A DNA stretch of 64,000 bases from Vicugna vicugna (taxonomy: Eukaryota): the NCBI GenBank assembly GCA_013265495.1, contig MU058337.1, positions 5,064,716 to 5,128,715 on the forward strand, written 5' to 3'. The position numbers and the translations under genes are program-made. Positions 37,606 to 49,795 of the stretch are shown here, one piece after another (the stretch's first letter is position 1; every line of letters begins with the position of its first letter). The notes under the pieces are model-generated. The model made no database searches. It was not told the DNA's origin and saw only the letters and a list, made by a program, of their open reading frames with translations.

Positions 37606-38629
37606 TGTCTTGTTGCGGGACACTAAACAGAGCGTCGGTGTGGACTGGAAATTATGTGCAGCTTTTCTAGCCAGATGCCACTCAGGAGACACATGAGCCG
37701 GGGACATCTCTCCCTCCTGGGACTGTCCCCCTCCAAGCAATAGGACTGACTGTCACAGTGAAGATTCACCAGTGAATGACAAGGAAAGCAAGAAACTGCT
37801 CACTGGGATGTGTACAGACGTGCGCCCAGGCCCTAGTGAAGCATCTGGGGCGGAATTCAAGGCTCCACACTGTCACCTCAGATGAAGTAGGAGAAGGTAA
37901 GTGAAGCAAATCATTATTACCTCCAGTCATTTAACTCACTGGCATTATTCTCACCCCAAACCTCTCAAGGACATTATTTGAATATCAAAGGGAAATTTAA
38001 GAATAACATAAAATATTTTCAAGCAAAATTTCCAAGGTGTGTTTCCTTTATATCCTTGACAAGTGTTCCGAGATCTTTTGGTCCATAAAATGTTTTTACT
38101 ACGATTTCAAATGTGCAATTAAAGGCACAGGTGCTTTCTTAGAGCTGGCTGCTGAAAGTTAAGAAAAAGCACCGAGAGAACCCATCTAATTCCAGGGATG
38201 ACAGATGCTGTGCTTGTCTGCTTACTGTTTGCTGGCTGCCGGCAGACACACAGGAGCAGCAGCAAAGTTTTCCCCAAACCTGAAGACATACTCGTCCTCT
38301 GATAATTACGTTCCGATAGCATCTCTGTTCAGTAAGATGAGCCGGCTCAGAATTAATCTCTAAATGTGTGAGCAGCAAGAACCTCCCAAATCGTATCAAG
38401 GCTGTCCCAGGAGGATAGGGTGCATGAGCACATCCTCAGCTATTGCCTAATTTATTGGACTACATCCTGTATCCAACCAAGGAGAGGTCAGGTTGGGTTG
38501 GATGGTCGGCAACATCTAGTGTTGCAGAAAGAGAACGTGCCGGTATGTCTTCTGCACTATCCAGAGAGGACAGTCGACCGCCCGACATGGGAGCTGCGGT
38601 CCTTCTGCAGGTCATGCCCCAGCAATGTT

Positions 38630-39027
38630 GTCCTTACTGCTTTGATGCCTTCCACTTGGTGCCCTCTGGGTTCTCGGCCCCAAGGTTTTCTCCAGCCACG
38701 GAAGCCTGCTCTGATCATGTACTGGGGAGGGATGCATATGGCAACGGAGTTAATGTGTCCTAGAAGCAACCCTGAGCCAACGACCAATGGATATGTAAGA
38801 ATTGTGTGCTTTGCTCAAGCTCCTAGACTTTCATCCCCTGTATGGGGGTGCAGCCCCAGGTGACCCCAGCAGTAACTGGGTGGATGGCACTATCTTAACT
38901 GGCTGCCTCCCCTTCTTGTTACACTTTCCACTTTCCTACCAGAAACTCCTCCCACTTTCTGATGAATTACTTGAATCCAAATCCTTATCTCGGAGTCCTA
39001 CTTCTCAGAGAGTTTCTTTACAAAGAA
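38630..39027 (+). mobile_element. LTR16-like ERVL LTR
   Basis: caaccctgagccaacgacc... and the 3' end actcctccc...aattacttgaatccaaatccttatctcggagtcctacttct. Confidence 0.65.
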
Positions 39028-39519
39028 TTCTAGTCTCTGGGGCAATTATATTCCTCTTTGTATATCGAGTAACTGGTGATCTGGTTTGTACATTGGTCTT
39101 TTACCAGCTTGGCTAATGGAAGTCAGTTCCCCCTGGGGCACAGACAACTCTGGGTAGACAGACAAATACAGAGTGTAGACATGCATAGTCAAGGATGAGT
39201 CTAAAAAATTATCACTTTGTGAGAAGCTTCTCACTCACCTAGTAAACATTTGATCTCATCTAACAAGTAGACAATAGAAATTTGTTTGCATCTTTGATTT
39301 CCTCCCCAAAGTTGGAGAGAGAGATTCACTGTGGGAAGAGGAATTTATAATTTAATGGGTATGTAGATGTAACATACAATAGCTACTGCTTAACAACAAC
39401 AATAAAAAAGATTATTATCTGTTTAAATATTTCTGATAACTAACACTAGTGAAGGGAGAATCTAAGCTAAAAATAATATTGACATGAAGTCAGAACAGTT
39501 TGATGTCTCTCTGGGGAAA

Positions 39520-39700
39520 ACGGTGGTTTAGAGAGAACTCTGCAAACTGACCTCCACAGCTCCAACCCTGGGTCTGCCACTTTTCAGTTACGGGACATTA
39601 ACGCCTCAAACCTCACTCACTTTTCCATCTGTGAAATGAATAAAGCAGGAGCAACCTCTGAGGATGGCTGTCATGGGAACAGCAAGCGATAAACCATCCG
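39520..39700 (+). mobile_element. MIR fragment
   Basis: tccaaccctgggtctgccactt...ttttccatctgtgaaatg. Confidence 0.55.
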
Positions 39701-40698
39701 GCCCAACAGTTATTAAAAAGGGGCTTTTTCCCTTGGCTCACAGAGAAGGAAAGAAGAAAATATTTTTGGTCACCTTCCAAGTGTTATATAGTTGGTTAGA
39801 GAGAGAACAGCTGGATGGACACACACGGATGTCAGAGAGATGATAAAAATAGATGGTGTGCCAGCCTTCCATCCACCGTACATGCATTTGAGGGCTCCCC
39901 CCCAAAATAATAGCGCCCAGATGCATCATGGTGATTATCTTAAAGAGACACAGTTATATTCTTTTAGTATAATTGCATGTCTAGTTCACCTCCATTGTCC
40001 TGGAAACCTGGGAGGAGCTGTAATCGGAATGCACCCTCTCTACAGCGTGAGTTCTCGCGAGACTGAAATACAAGCATCATGGTGATCCCCCTCTTCTTCC
40101 CTGGCAGAAGCTCAGGTGGGCACTGTCACCATTCTACCTCTGGGTCTCTCGTTTCTGCTGTGTTACCCTTGTGACAGCCTCCCATCTGCCTCATTCCCAT
40201 CTGCCTCATTCTTTCTTTGCACCATTTATGACTTTCTGTAAACTCTTGTTTGGATCTAAGAGCCGTCATGGAAACGGAGTTTCAGCTCTTGTGATGGTGT
40301 AATTCAGCTTGAGGTGTAAGCTTGAAGTGCTTTTTTTCCCCTCCAGTTTCAGGCAATACTTACCTCCCCTATCAGTTTTCATTAGTAGGATAATAAAAGT
40401 CATTTTAAACTGTTCAGTTGTAGCAAAGCCTTTCATCCTCTTCAAAGGACTTGGTCTCAACAATCTTTTATCAATAGCGTTCTGTGTCCCTTGACACACA
40501 TACACGTGGACTAAATCAGTGGTCCGAGAATACTGAGGTCATGCCAAACCCACCGAGATACTGCTCTGAGGTCTACTTGTATGTTGCCTTGTGTTTATCC
40601 TTTTGTAACAGAATTTTATGTAAGAAAAGGAGCAGTGGGATAAGAAAGGTGGGGGAAGCAGGCTGCAGGCCGGGAGCAAGGCTGTGAGGAGGGCTCAC

Positions 40699-40815
40699 CT
40701 CCGCAGACCACGCCGTCCAAGTCCTCACAGCGGCGGTTGTCACACTCGCACGTCTTGCCGTACACCCTGCTGTCCCCAGGCGGGTAGCAAGTGCATTTGC
40801 CACATTCGCACTTAC
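40699..40815 (-). CDS. ITGBL1: Integrin beta-like 1, internal exon (exon 8), 117 bp
   Basis: Translates (G)[38 protein letters not shown](G), an integrin I-EGF cysteine repeat. Acceptor ttttgcag, donor G|gtgagc, phase 1-1. Confidence 0.97.
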
Positions 40816-42129
40816 CTGCAAAACACGAAGAGCGCACACTCATTAGGAGACTCAGTATCAGTCAGGAGACTTGCCTTCCCTTTTAAAGGAAACAAGCGTC
40901 CTGCCGGACCCAGATGTCCTGGACCAGTTCTAGCCTGTGTCCAAGAACAGCTCAGCAAACCCCTTCCCGACCCTCCCTGGAGGTCGAGCACAAACGCCGA
41001 GGAGGTCGGGCGGGAGCTGAAGGGACAGCGGCCGGCTCGTAAGTCGTTCCTGTCTACCACTTTCCACTTTCTGTTTCACACGTTTTTGAAGAAGAATTCA
41101 ATCATTAAACTCTCTGGGCATTTCCTATTGCACTTATGATGAGACCATTTAACATAATGGAGTCGATTTTATATATTTTGACATAATTGGACATAATGTG
41201 ACCATTTAACAATATTTTTAGTTTGGGTCTGTCTGCCACGTAAGAAAAAAATGCTCATAGGTTCATTTCAACCTGATATTTTGGTGATTATTTGGCATTA
41301 ACATCATTGTTCATAGAACTGATTTTAACACACAACACATGTCAGAGTGCATGCCCTAAATATCTTTATTGTTCTTGACCTAGAGTTGAAGAGGATGAAC
41401 ATTTCTGGGAATGAGTTCAGTTCACAGTTTGGGGATTTCTTAACTATTATCATTATAGATTGTCATTTTTCGTGCTGGAACCATGCCTCAAACACTATAG
41501 TTTCTTCCTCAGTTCCATCATTGTGCTTTCAGAAGACCACACATGGAGCAGCATCGTCACCATCATTCTGCTAAGCAGGAAATGGAGACATATTGAGGCC
41601 AGGACATTTTCCATGATGAACCGGCTCTTAAAGGGATAGATCAAAAATGTATATCCATTCTCATTAAAGTCTGTGCATCTAAACATTAAGCCATACTGTA
41701 TCTTAATATACTCAAAATGCAGCACCATGAGGCTGGATGAGAAAGTAAATGTCTTGTTTTCGGAGGGATTGGTACTGGTTTGCCAGAAATTCAGCTGAGT
41801 GACTGCTCGGAGACATCTGTTACTCTCCATCATTATCCCAACCATTGTAATTACACACCCACTGCAATGATCATAAGATACTTCAGGGCTGACCCTGTAA
41901 TGTTGTTAGTCATTCTGTTGCTGCATTTGTATCTTGTTAAAGAAATTCGGAGCTGGTATCTGATGGAAGAAAGAAAAATTGGTATTTAGAATCATATAAT
42001 TTCCGAGCTGTAATTAAAGATAATCTAATGCAGTGACTCATAATCTTTACTGGCAGCAGTGGCGGGGTCACGATCCCTCTGAGAATCTGGTGAAAGATAC
42101 AGCAATAGATGGTGCGGCGCTGGCTGTCC

Positions 42130-42560
42130 TACAGCCTGTCTCTCCTTCTACTTGGAGGCAGTGCCAAGTTCAGCAGGAGGCAGGACCTCCCTCATCCCCC
42201 AGTGATATGCCCTTTTCCTACGGAGCAGGGCACACGGAGCAGGGACACCCCAGCCATTCCTGGCCAGGGCTTGGATTTCTGAGGCTGAAAGCAAGGCCCA
42301 GGGTCTGCGGCAGAGTGGCCAGTTCACCAGCACAGCAGCAACTGTCCGGGGCGGGGGGCTAGGCCCACAGAGGCTGGCCTTCAAAGTGACGGCCAGCGGG
42401 GCTGGTTCTTGGCAGTGCCTTGTTTCCCCAGGGCGCTGCATGAGTTGATTGTCCAAGCTGGCGTTCCGAGTCATTTTAAACCCTTCTAATAAAATACTTT
42501 TGCCTCCCAGTTAATGAAGTCAGTTTCTGCTGTTTGCAGTCAAGAACCCTAACTGGAAGA
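42130..42560 (+). mobile_element. Old LTR (LTR33/MLT1-like)
   Basis: 3' end ccttctaataaaatacttttgcc...agtcagtttctgctgtttgcagtcaagaaccctaactg. Confidence 0.55.
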
Positions 42561-42639
42561 CCCCAGACTTCTTCCTGAAAAAAAATATACCAGCCATTCA
42601 TTTATTTTTTATAAGAAGTCAAAAATCCATGACTTTCTA

Positions 42640-42765
42640 CCATTTATTGGATGGATGAGGAAACTCAAGGATGCTCAGGCCGAATGACTTGTCTCAGGCC
42701 AGCAAAGCAGACATGAGCAGTGCTGGTACTAGAACCCAGATTTCTGAGCCCTGGTTATCTCCTGG
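42640..42765 (-). mobile_element. MIR fragment
   Basis: gatgaggaaactcaagg...gaatgacttgtctcaggcc...ctagaacccagatttctga. Confidence 0.7.
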
Positions 42766-43989
42766 TGCGCAGAAACACACCTGCACTCTCATGGGCAGAC
42801 ATGTGAACGACAACAGTGACCCAGACTGTGGACAGAGGCAAACTACAGGACTGTCAGTGGTGTGGCCGCGTATGGTTAAATAGTCCGTGGCGGACAGATG
42901 CTGGAAACGTCAACCACATCATTCCTGAGAGGTAATACACTCCCAGTTACCAAGACAACATCAGTTTTTAAACTTGAGGGCATGTGTCTTCGTGGTGACC
43001 ACTTTATCAACATTTTAGGTGTACAGGAAGTTTCCTGAATATGTATTATTGATTTCTTTGAAAAGGATGAACTAACCACCAGCAACTGTCTTTAAATACC
43101 TACATCTCACTGGTTTCATTTTCTTTTCTTCTGAGAGTCCTCTTTTTGCACAGTCTTAACCTTGACAACTGTCTCAGGCGTTAGACTCTGCTCTCTCCTT
43201 TCCCACTGTCTTCAAACTCGTCTTTTTAAGATTTCCTTGTCAGGGCGCACAGCCGTCGAATCAACAGTAATGAGTTACTCTATGCAAGATAAGGAGCCAC
43301 CAACATACACAAGATGAACACCACCCCCAATCTCGCAGATTGACAGGCAGGAGAGCATCCGGGGTAAACGCACGCTCCACAGGATGTTAATGACCAATTC
43401 AGTCTTCTCTTCTCCGTCACCACCAATAATAGGGTGGTGCATTTGTGAAGAAGTAAAAATCTGAAATTTTCAGGCACTGCATGGTAGATTGCGGACCTGA
43501 ACTTCAACCATTAAAGACTGAAATCACCTCCAGAAGCCATAGCTGAAAACACACATACACACAAATCATTTCTACCCTCTACACACACATTGGAGGTATT
43601 TAGCTGGAGAACGATCTTAACCTCCTTCAAACTACACCATAAAGAAAACACACGTGTTCTTGATCAAGAATAGAGTCAACCAGGCTTAGCAACCTGTGCA
43701 ATATCTGCATTAATTTGTTCACTCCCTCAGTCATTCAATCAACAAACACATTTTGAAGATCAACTACTGGGAAAGTATGGTGCTAGATACTGAAGACATA
43801 ACATTAAGAAGGACATTTAAAAACTTTTAATAGTGGAGGGAAAATAGGTAAAATTCACGAGAACACACACCCTATAAGGTGAGAGAAGGTTCCTGGCAAA
43901 GCTGACCGGGAATGAGTCTTACAGGGTTTATTAAATGTTAATCAGGCAAATAGGAAGGAAAATAAATTTTATGGTAAAGATACAATGAA

Positions 43990-44222
43990 AAGGATGGGCT
44001 CTGACTTTAATAAATCTGGATTTTAATCTTGGCACATTCACTGTTAAATGTGAGTCCTTGGAAAAGTAAGTTAAATCCCATTGATCATGGTTGAGGATGA
44101 GAGTAATAATTATACTGATCACATAGGGTTTATTGTACAGGCTAAATGTTACAGCGCACGGCAAGCACACAGGACAGGACCTGACACATAGTAAGTGCTC
44201 AAGAAATAATAGACATTATTAT
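43990..44222 (+). mobile_element. MIR SINE
   Basis: ccttggaaaagtaagttaa...cacatagggtttattgtacaggctaaatg...cctgacacatagtaagtgctcaagaaata. Confidence 0.8.
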
Positions 44223-47200
44223 TTGTGTTTTTATAATAAAAACATGTTGGGAGGCTTGAATTTCAATTACTCACATAAAACCCATTCCTTTCCTTTATCA
44301 TTCTGTTTCCCCCTCCACCCCCCCAAAATACACCCTGTATTTCCTGACCCAGAACGAGATTACTGAAGAAGAACCATTTCATCAAACGCACCTGCCAGCA
44401 GGGTAACAGCAGGCTCACGCTCTGCAATCGTGTTTTCTTCCACTTTGTATAACGGCAAAAACCACACTTGCAGTACATGCTCAATAGCCGAAGAGTAATT
44501 AGAGGCTCACATAAAACAGAAAAGAGACTAGCACTTTACTAACACAGTCCTCCTTGGCCTAAAATAATGGGTTTACCATAGCAACCTGATTGCACTAGAA
44601 AAAGCTCCTGCCAAATGCATTCTAAGTTCCCTTGAAATTTCTATGAGGAAGAATTAAACACTGGAGAACTATAATATTCTGTACCATTTCATCTAAGTAC
44701 AAACATTTTGTGTGTGTGTGAGAATAAAGTAATCTTCCACCAGACGTTTGAAAGTGAAGACGCACCTTTCACCTTCCATTTCAAAAGGAGCAGTGAGGCT
44801 TCTTATAATTCAGGCCACACTGACATTACATTTGCCAGCCCAGGAAGGGTTGCTCTTGACTTTTTAAAACATGGAGAAATGTCAGTCTTTCTGTTTGTGT
44901 TTTCTCAGTATACAAGGATTAAAGTAATCAGTCACAGATCTTTGTGAGGAAGCAAGACATTTAAGCACATGTTGTACTGATAAAATTTCCTGTTGTTTAC
45001 CCTGGAGGGTCCAAGATTGAAAACGGGATGCGGAAGCACCAGGCTTCACTTTTCTCTCAAGGTTTTCCAAGGTATTGAACAGAACATCACAGAGGCGGTC
45101 TATTAGACCCCTAACTGAGATTATCTCATTACTTCAAACTTCAGATTCGTTTCTATAACAACAACTAAAATTACTCAAGATTCATTTATTTCTAACAAAA
45201 AATGTATAAACCAGGTAGCGATATCGCATGCATTTACACTTACATCACACACATTACATTTGTATTACACACATTCTGATACAACTCAGAAACTAAGTCA
45301 TAGACCCAAGGTTAAAAAGTCGGCAAATGACTGAGGTTGTAAATGTGGAACTCAAGTAATTAATCAATGTGGCCTATCCTGATTTGGCCAATATAAATTA
45401 GAAAAAGAATCTCCTCCTTCCTACTGGGTAAGCCCATTGACTGGACGGTGGCCAGTACCTTGCTTCTGACACAAGGTTTTGGGGTTCTGGAAACAAAAAT
45501 CCTGTCACATCTGGCCCTATGCTTCTATGCTTGATATTGAATTAGTGATTCCATTCTAGGTCATAAATAAGCACATGCAGTGTAATTCACCACGAAAGAC
45601 TCTGTGGGATAAATGTCAAAAGATAGACACAAACAACAAATGCTATTCACCAGTGAAAGAGAGTGCTGTGGTTGATACAATCAGAGAAGCATTTCTATAG
45701 AACATCTCTTGAAGATAAACCATACCTGGTCAACAAAGGGACAGGGTGGAATCAGGCCCCAGTCAGTTTAAAATTTTTGCTTGGTGTTGTCACTTTGAAA
45801 AATTCAAAGTGTGAGTAAATATATCACTTCCTTAATACACATTTCAGGAGTGCTAATGAAATTGATTTGAAACAAGTATGGACTTTCTTCCCACATCAGG
45901 GATAACTAGAAAATTTATTTTACAAGTTGAACAATGAAATCCATCTAACAATCAATAATACATTTCCATCAATAACAAACTAGTCTTTCAAAATTAAGAA
46001 AAAATACACCATAAAGCAATCTTTTCTACTGGTAACATTTTTTATTATTCTTTGTTTCTGAATCTACTGGTATTGATTTCCCCAAATCATAAAACATTTG
46101 AAAGGACATTGTGTATATGTGTAAGTGTATATATACACAAGAATAAGAAAGTAGTCTTTGATAAGAGTTAAGAGGTTGTGCTCTGGATTCAGACAGACCT
46201 AGGATAGAATTTAATATCTACCACTTACATGTTCTATAATCTTAGGAAATAACTAAAGCTGCCTATTTAACAATTTTCAAAATTGTGAAAACCTACTTAA
46301 TAAGTAACTTTAAATAGACTAAAATAGAAATATATATTTTTAAGTATTACTGTTTAGATTTCCTAAGTACCACTGTGATATTTGTTTGTGGCACAGTGTT
46401 TAAACATTTTTAAAAATAAATAAATGTATAACTTAAAGAGTAAATGGCTTCCACAAATAGACCCACACGCAATTTAAATAAATGTAAGTAGTGTGCCATT
46501 TTTTCACAGCTAATATGTTTCTCCCTCAATATGAATGTCCACTTCCTTTTATTTTTTTTTGCCAGTAACATATTTCAGTAATACTACTTCTTTAAAGAGT
46601 ATTTTATTCTGACACATTATTTTTCAACAAAATCCTGTTGCACCTGAAAGTCCTATCTCCATTTTGTCTCTAGCCTCAGAAATCGTTTTTAACTAGCAAA
46701 AAGTCAATGTATACAATTAAGTCAAGGCCTCCTAAGGCAGCCTGGATTTAAGTGGCCACGGTTCTAGAGAGAAAGGGAACCATGGGGTAGTGAGTTCTAC
46801 CCACTGTGCAGATAATCCCCTCCATGCATTTGTCAGGCCTGAAACCCTTCAGGACAAGAGGATGAAACATTAAGCAGGAAGCAGCATCTAAAAGATGAAT
46901 CAATTAAACAGAGCTTTTATTTTTTTCATCTGGCTGGAAAGACAGTACTTGGAACTCACGGACCTTTGAGAAAGAGGGCACTGATAAATAGCACATAAAC
47001 ATCCCAGGTTTTCACTTTAGAAATCATCTTAATGCCTGATTGGACTGAGGTTATTATCTGCCCTTGTACACAGGCCTGTCAGAAAAAAAAAGTAAACAAC
47101 CTTTTCAAGGAAGATAACATCATTCACAAAATTCTACCAATTTTATTAAACAATATTGATACTTAATTAAAAAAACAGGTATATTGTATGTCAAGAGACA

Positions 47201-49582
47201 GACAGAATGACTGAAAATGAAACAGAAGAAATACACAATACAGAGAGATCCAAAAATCATGCAGGTGGCCATACTGGAATTGTCAGTAATGGACTTTAAA
47301 ATACAGTTACTGAAACTAAAAATTGCATAAAGAGTGTTAACACATAATCACACTAGTTTATACAACTTGTATTTAAATATTAAAATTATTGCCTTCCACC
47401 ACAAACAGATAGCCAATTGCTTGTGGTTCCCTTCAAATCAATTTATTTTCTAGAGAAACTAAGCTGGACCAACACTTCCTACCACTGTCTATAAAGTAAA
47501 AGTAGTTAAATACAGAAACATAATTTCAAGTGATGGAACTTACTAGGACCACAAGTAATCCTGATCTATGGGAATATAGATATATTCTCAAAGTATATCC
47601 TAATGAATATTACCGGAAAAGGCAAAAGAGAGTAATTAAAAGTCGTGGAAACAGTTCGGAGACTGCGGGGAGACATGTGAGAAAAACTGCCTGGCTTTCT
47701 TTTTCACTATTTCAAGGTAATTCAATACTGTGTCATAGGAGAGATCGTCAGGACTCCCAAGGCGAACCTTAGCTACCTGCAAAAACTGAATGATGACCAA
47801 ATAGATGAGGGCGCTCTATGCTCCCTGGACGCTGCCAGACAAGAGGAAACATTCCATTTTGATAAGACATCAAAGGGTACTGTAGAGATGGAGGAAGAAA
47901 GAGAAATTGGCTTTCAATTAAAGGAAACAGGAAGAGAAGGAAGGTGTTGAAAAAGAGAGAAAGAACCCTCAAATACATGTGATTATCTGTTTATACTGGC
48001 AATGGAAAACAAAGGTATTCGGAATGCAGGTCTTCCACGCAAGCATCCGCATCTCCCGGACTACAGGAAGATGTAGGGTAAACAGTCATTTATTTGAAAT
48101 AAAACCTGATCTTTGGGTCCACTTATATAATGAGTTAAATTGCGCTTCTGCATCTCTCTTATTCAAACCTTCAATAAAATCAAAGAAGTGAATACAAAAT
48201 AACAAAAACAGAACAAAACAAAAATCACACGTAATTGCTAATTGTCAAAAACATTTATGCCGTTGTTTGAAAAGCAACGTCTTTTTTTGAAGTAACGGGA
48301 AATTGCAGTGTCAGCTCTGCAGTGAAATGACCAGCTTTCACCTGCCGTATCAAAAGAAATAGGCTATTCAATCAGTCCTAGCAATACAGCTAACGTCGCT
48401 ACTGCAGAAGCTGCTCAGGGAATGAAATGAGGCAATAAGAGAACACCAAGAAAGGTTCAGATGCTCTGAACAATGATAAACTCTCCATCACACAAAAAGC
48501 AATGTTAGAGGAGCCCTGATTACTCTTGTCTTCAGACATCTTTGGCTTAAATACACCTGATTGCCTGAGTGTCCAAAAGATTGACTGCATGCCCATGATG
48601 TGTTATGTAATGAGAAACTGCATTAATTCCACCGGGAATTTTAATTCACATTTTTTTTTTTAGCTAGCAAACAAGTGCTTTGTTGGAAATATAGTTAATA
48701 AACATTTTAAACTTACTCTTCTCCAAATCTAAGTTGTTTATCTTCCACTTAATTTTCAATTTTTTTGGTATGGAGATGTGATTTTTGCATATGAGTTTGT
48801 ATTAATTTTCACTTTTTGAAGTAGTATTACAAAATACATATTACAATGAAGTACCTAGTACATGGGCTCTAGCTTCCAGCAATACAAAGAACAAAAATAC
48901 ATTGGACCTAAAATAAAGTGTTTGTACCATTGTTAGACTTATGGCAAGTAATGTAATTCTTCAAGAAACTCAAAACCTATGAGTTGGATTGAGAGCAAGT
49001 ACCATAAGCTCATATGAAAAAGGTCCTTGGTGTAAAAGCCTACATCAGTACTTCAAGCAATGAAGGAGGAGAAGCTAAGTCTGAGACTCCAAACTGGGGG
49101 CTCCGGAAAGAGGGCTAAAGAGATCAAAGATCAGTAACATCCTGTGAGGATCTAACACAAATCTTCACTGAAGAAAGGTGTCTTGAATTTAGGCTTCACG
49201 ATTTTCCAGTTTAGGCAAAATCACATATAAGTTCACAATTGAAGACCAACAAATGTACACACAAGGAAACAAACCACCATGAGTGAAAGTCAGCAAAAAC
49301 AGTATTATTTTTAGCTCTGTGCTGCAGACTGGATATCGTCTAGATACTCGTCTTGCCATCTTGTTTCTTGAATCTATATGTTACAGTCACTCTAATATCT
49401 GTATCTGGTTATCCCAGGAACCGGGTCATTTACGCATCTGTTTCTACTGTCTGTTGATGTTTCCTTGGTCCTGTTTATTATTTCTCTGACCAAATGTCAG
49501 AAATCATATATGAAAAGATTACAGAGCCTCTGAATGATAGTCTTTTCCCCGGAAACAGTTCACTTCTTGTATGCTGATAGAG

Positions 49583-49795
49583 CAATGTGTCTCATCCTGG
49601 GGAAATTCTGCCCTCCAGGGCACATCTGGCAATGTCTGGAGATATTTTTGAGTGTAATATGGGTTCGAGGTGCTACTGGCATCTAATAAAAGAGGCCAGA
49701 AATGCTGCTAAACATCCTACAAAGCATGGGACAGCCCCCACAACAAAGAATTATCCAGCCCAATATATGAAGAGTGCTGCTATTGAGGAAGATTA
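49583..49795 (+). mobile_element. MER20 hAT-Charlie MITE
   Basis: ctggcaatgtctggagatattttt...gtgctactggcatcta...gaggccagaaatgctgctaaacatcctaca...cccccacaacaaagaattatccagccc. Confidence 0.88.

Noticed and set aside
38420..39116. ORFs of 104-147 aa
   Set aside because: Overlap an LTR16-like relic; no gag/pol/env motifs.
40180..40211. 15-bp tandem duplication tcccatctgcctcat x2
   Set aside because: Simple slippage duplication, not an array.
40573..41139. Several overlapping ORFs of 75-151 aa around ITGBL1 exon 8
   Set aside because: Only the Cys-rich frame between splice sites is homologous; the others are shadows in GC-rich DNA.
18538..49795. Inverted pair of MER20 copies as dsRNA or circRNA driver for ITGBL1
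   Set aside because: 31 kb apart, visibly diverged, and one copy is in the terminal exon; pairing is unlikely.
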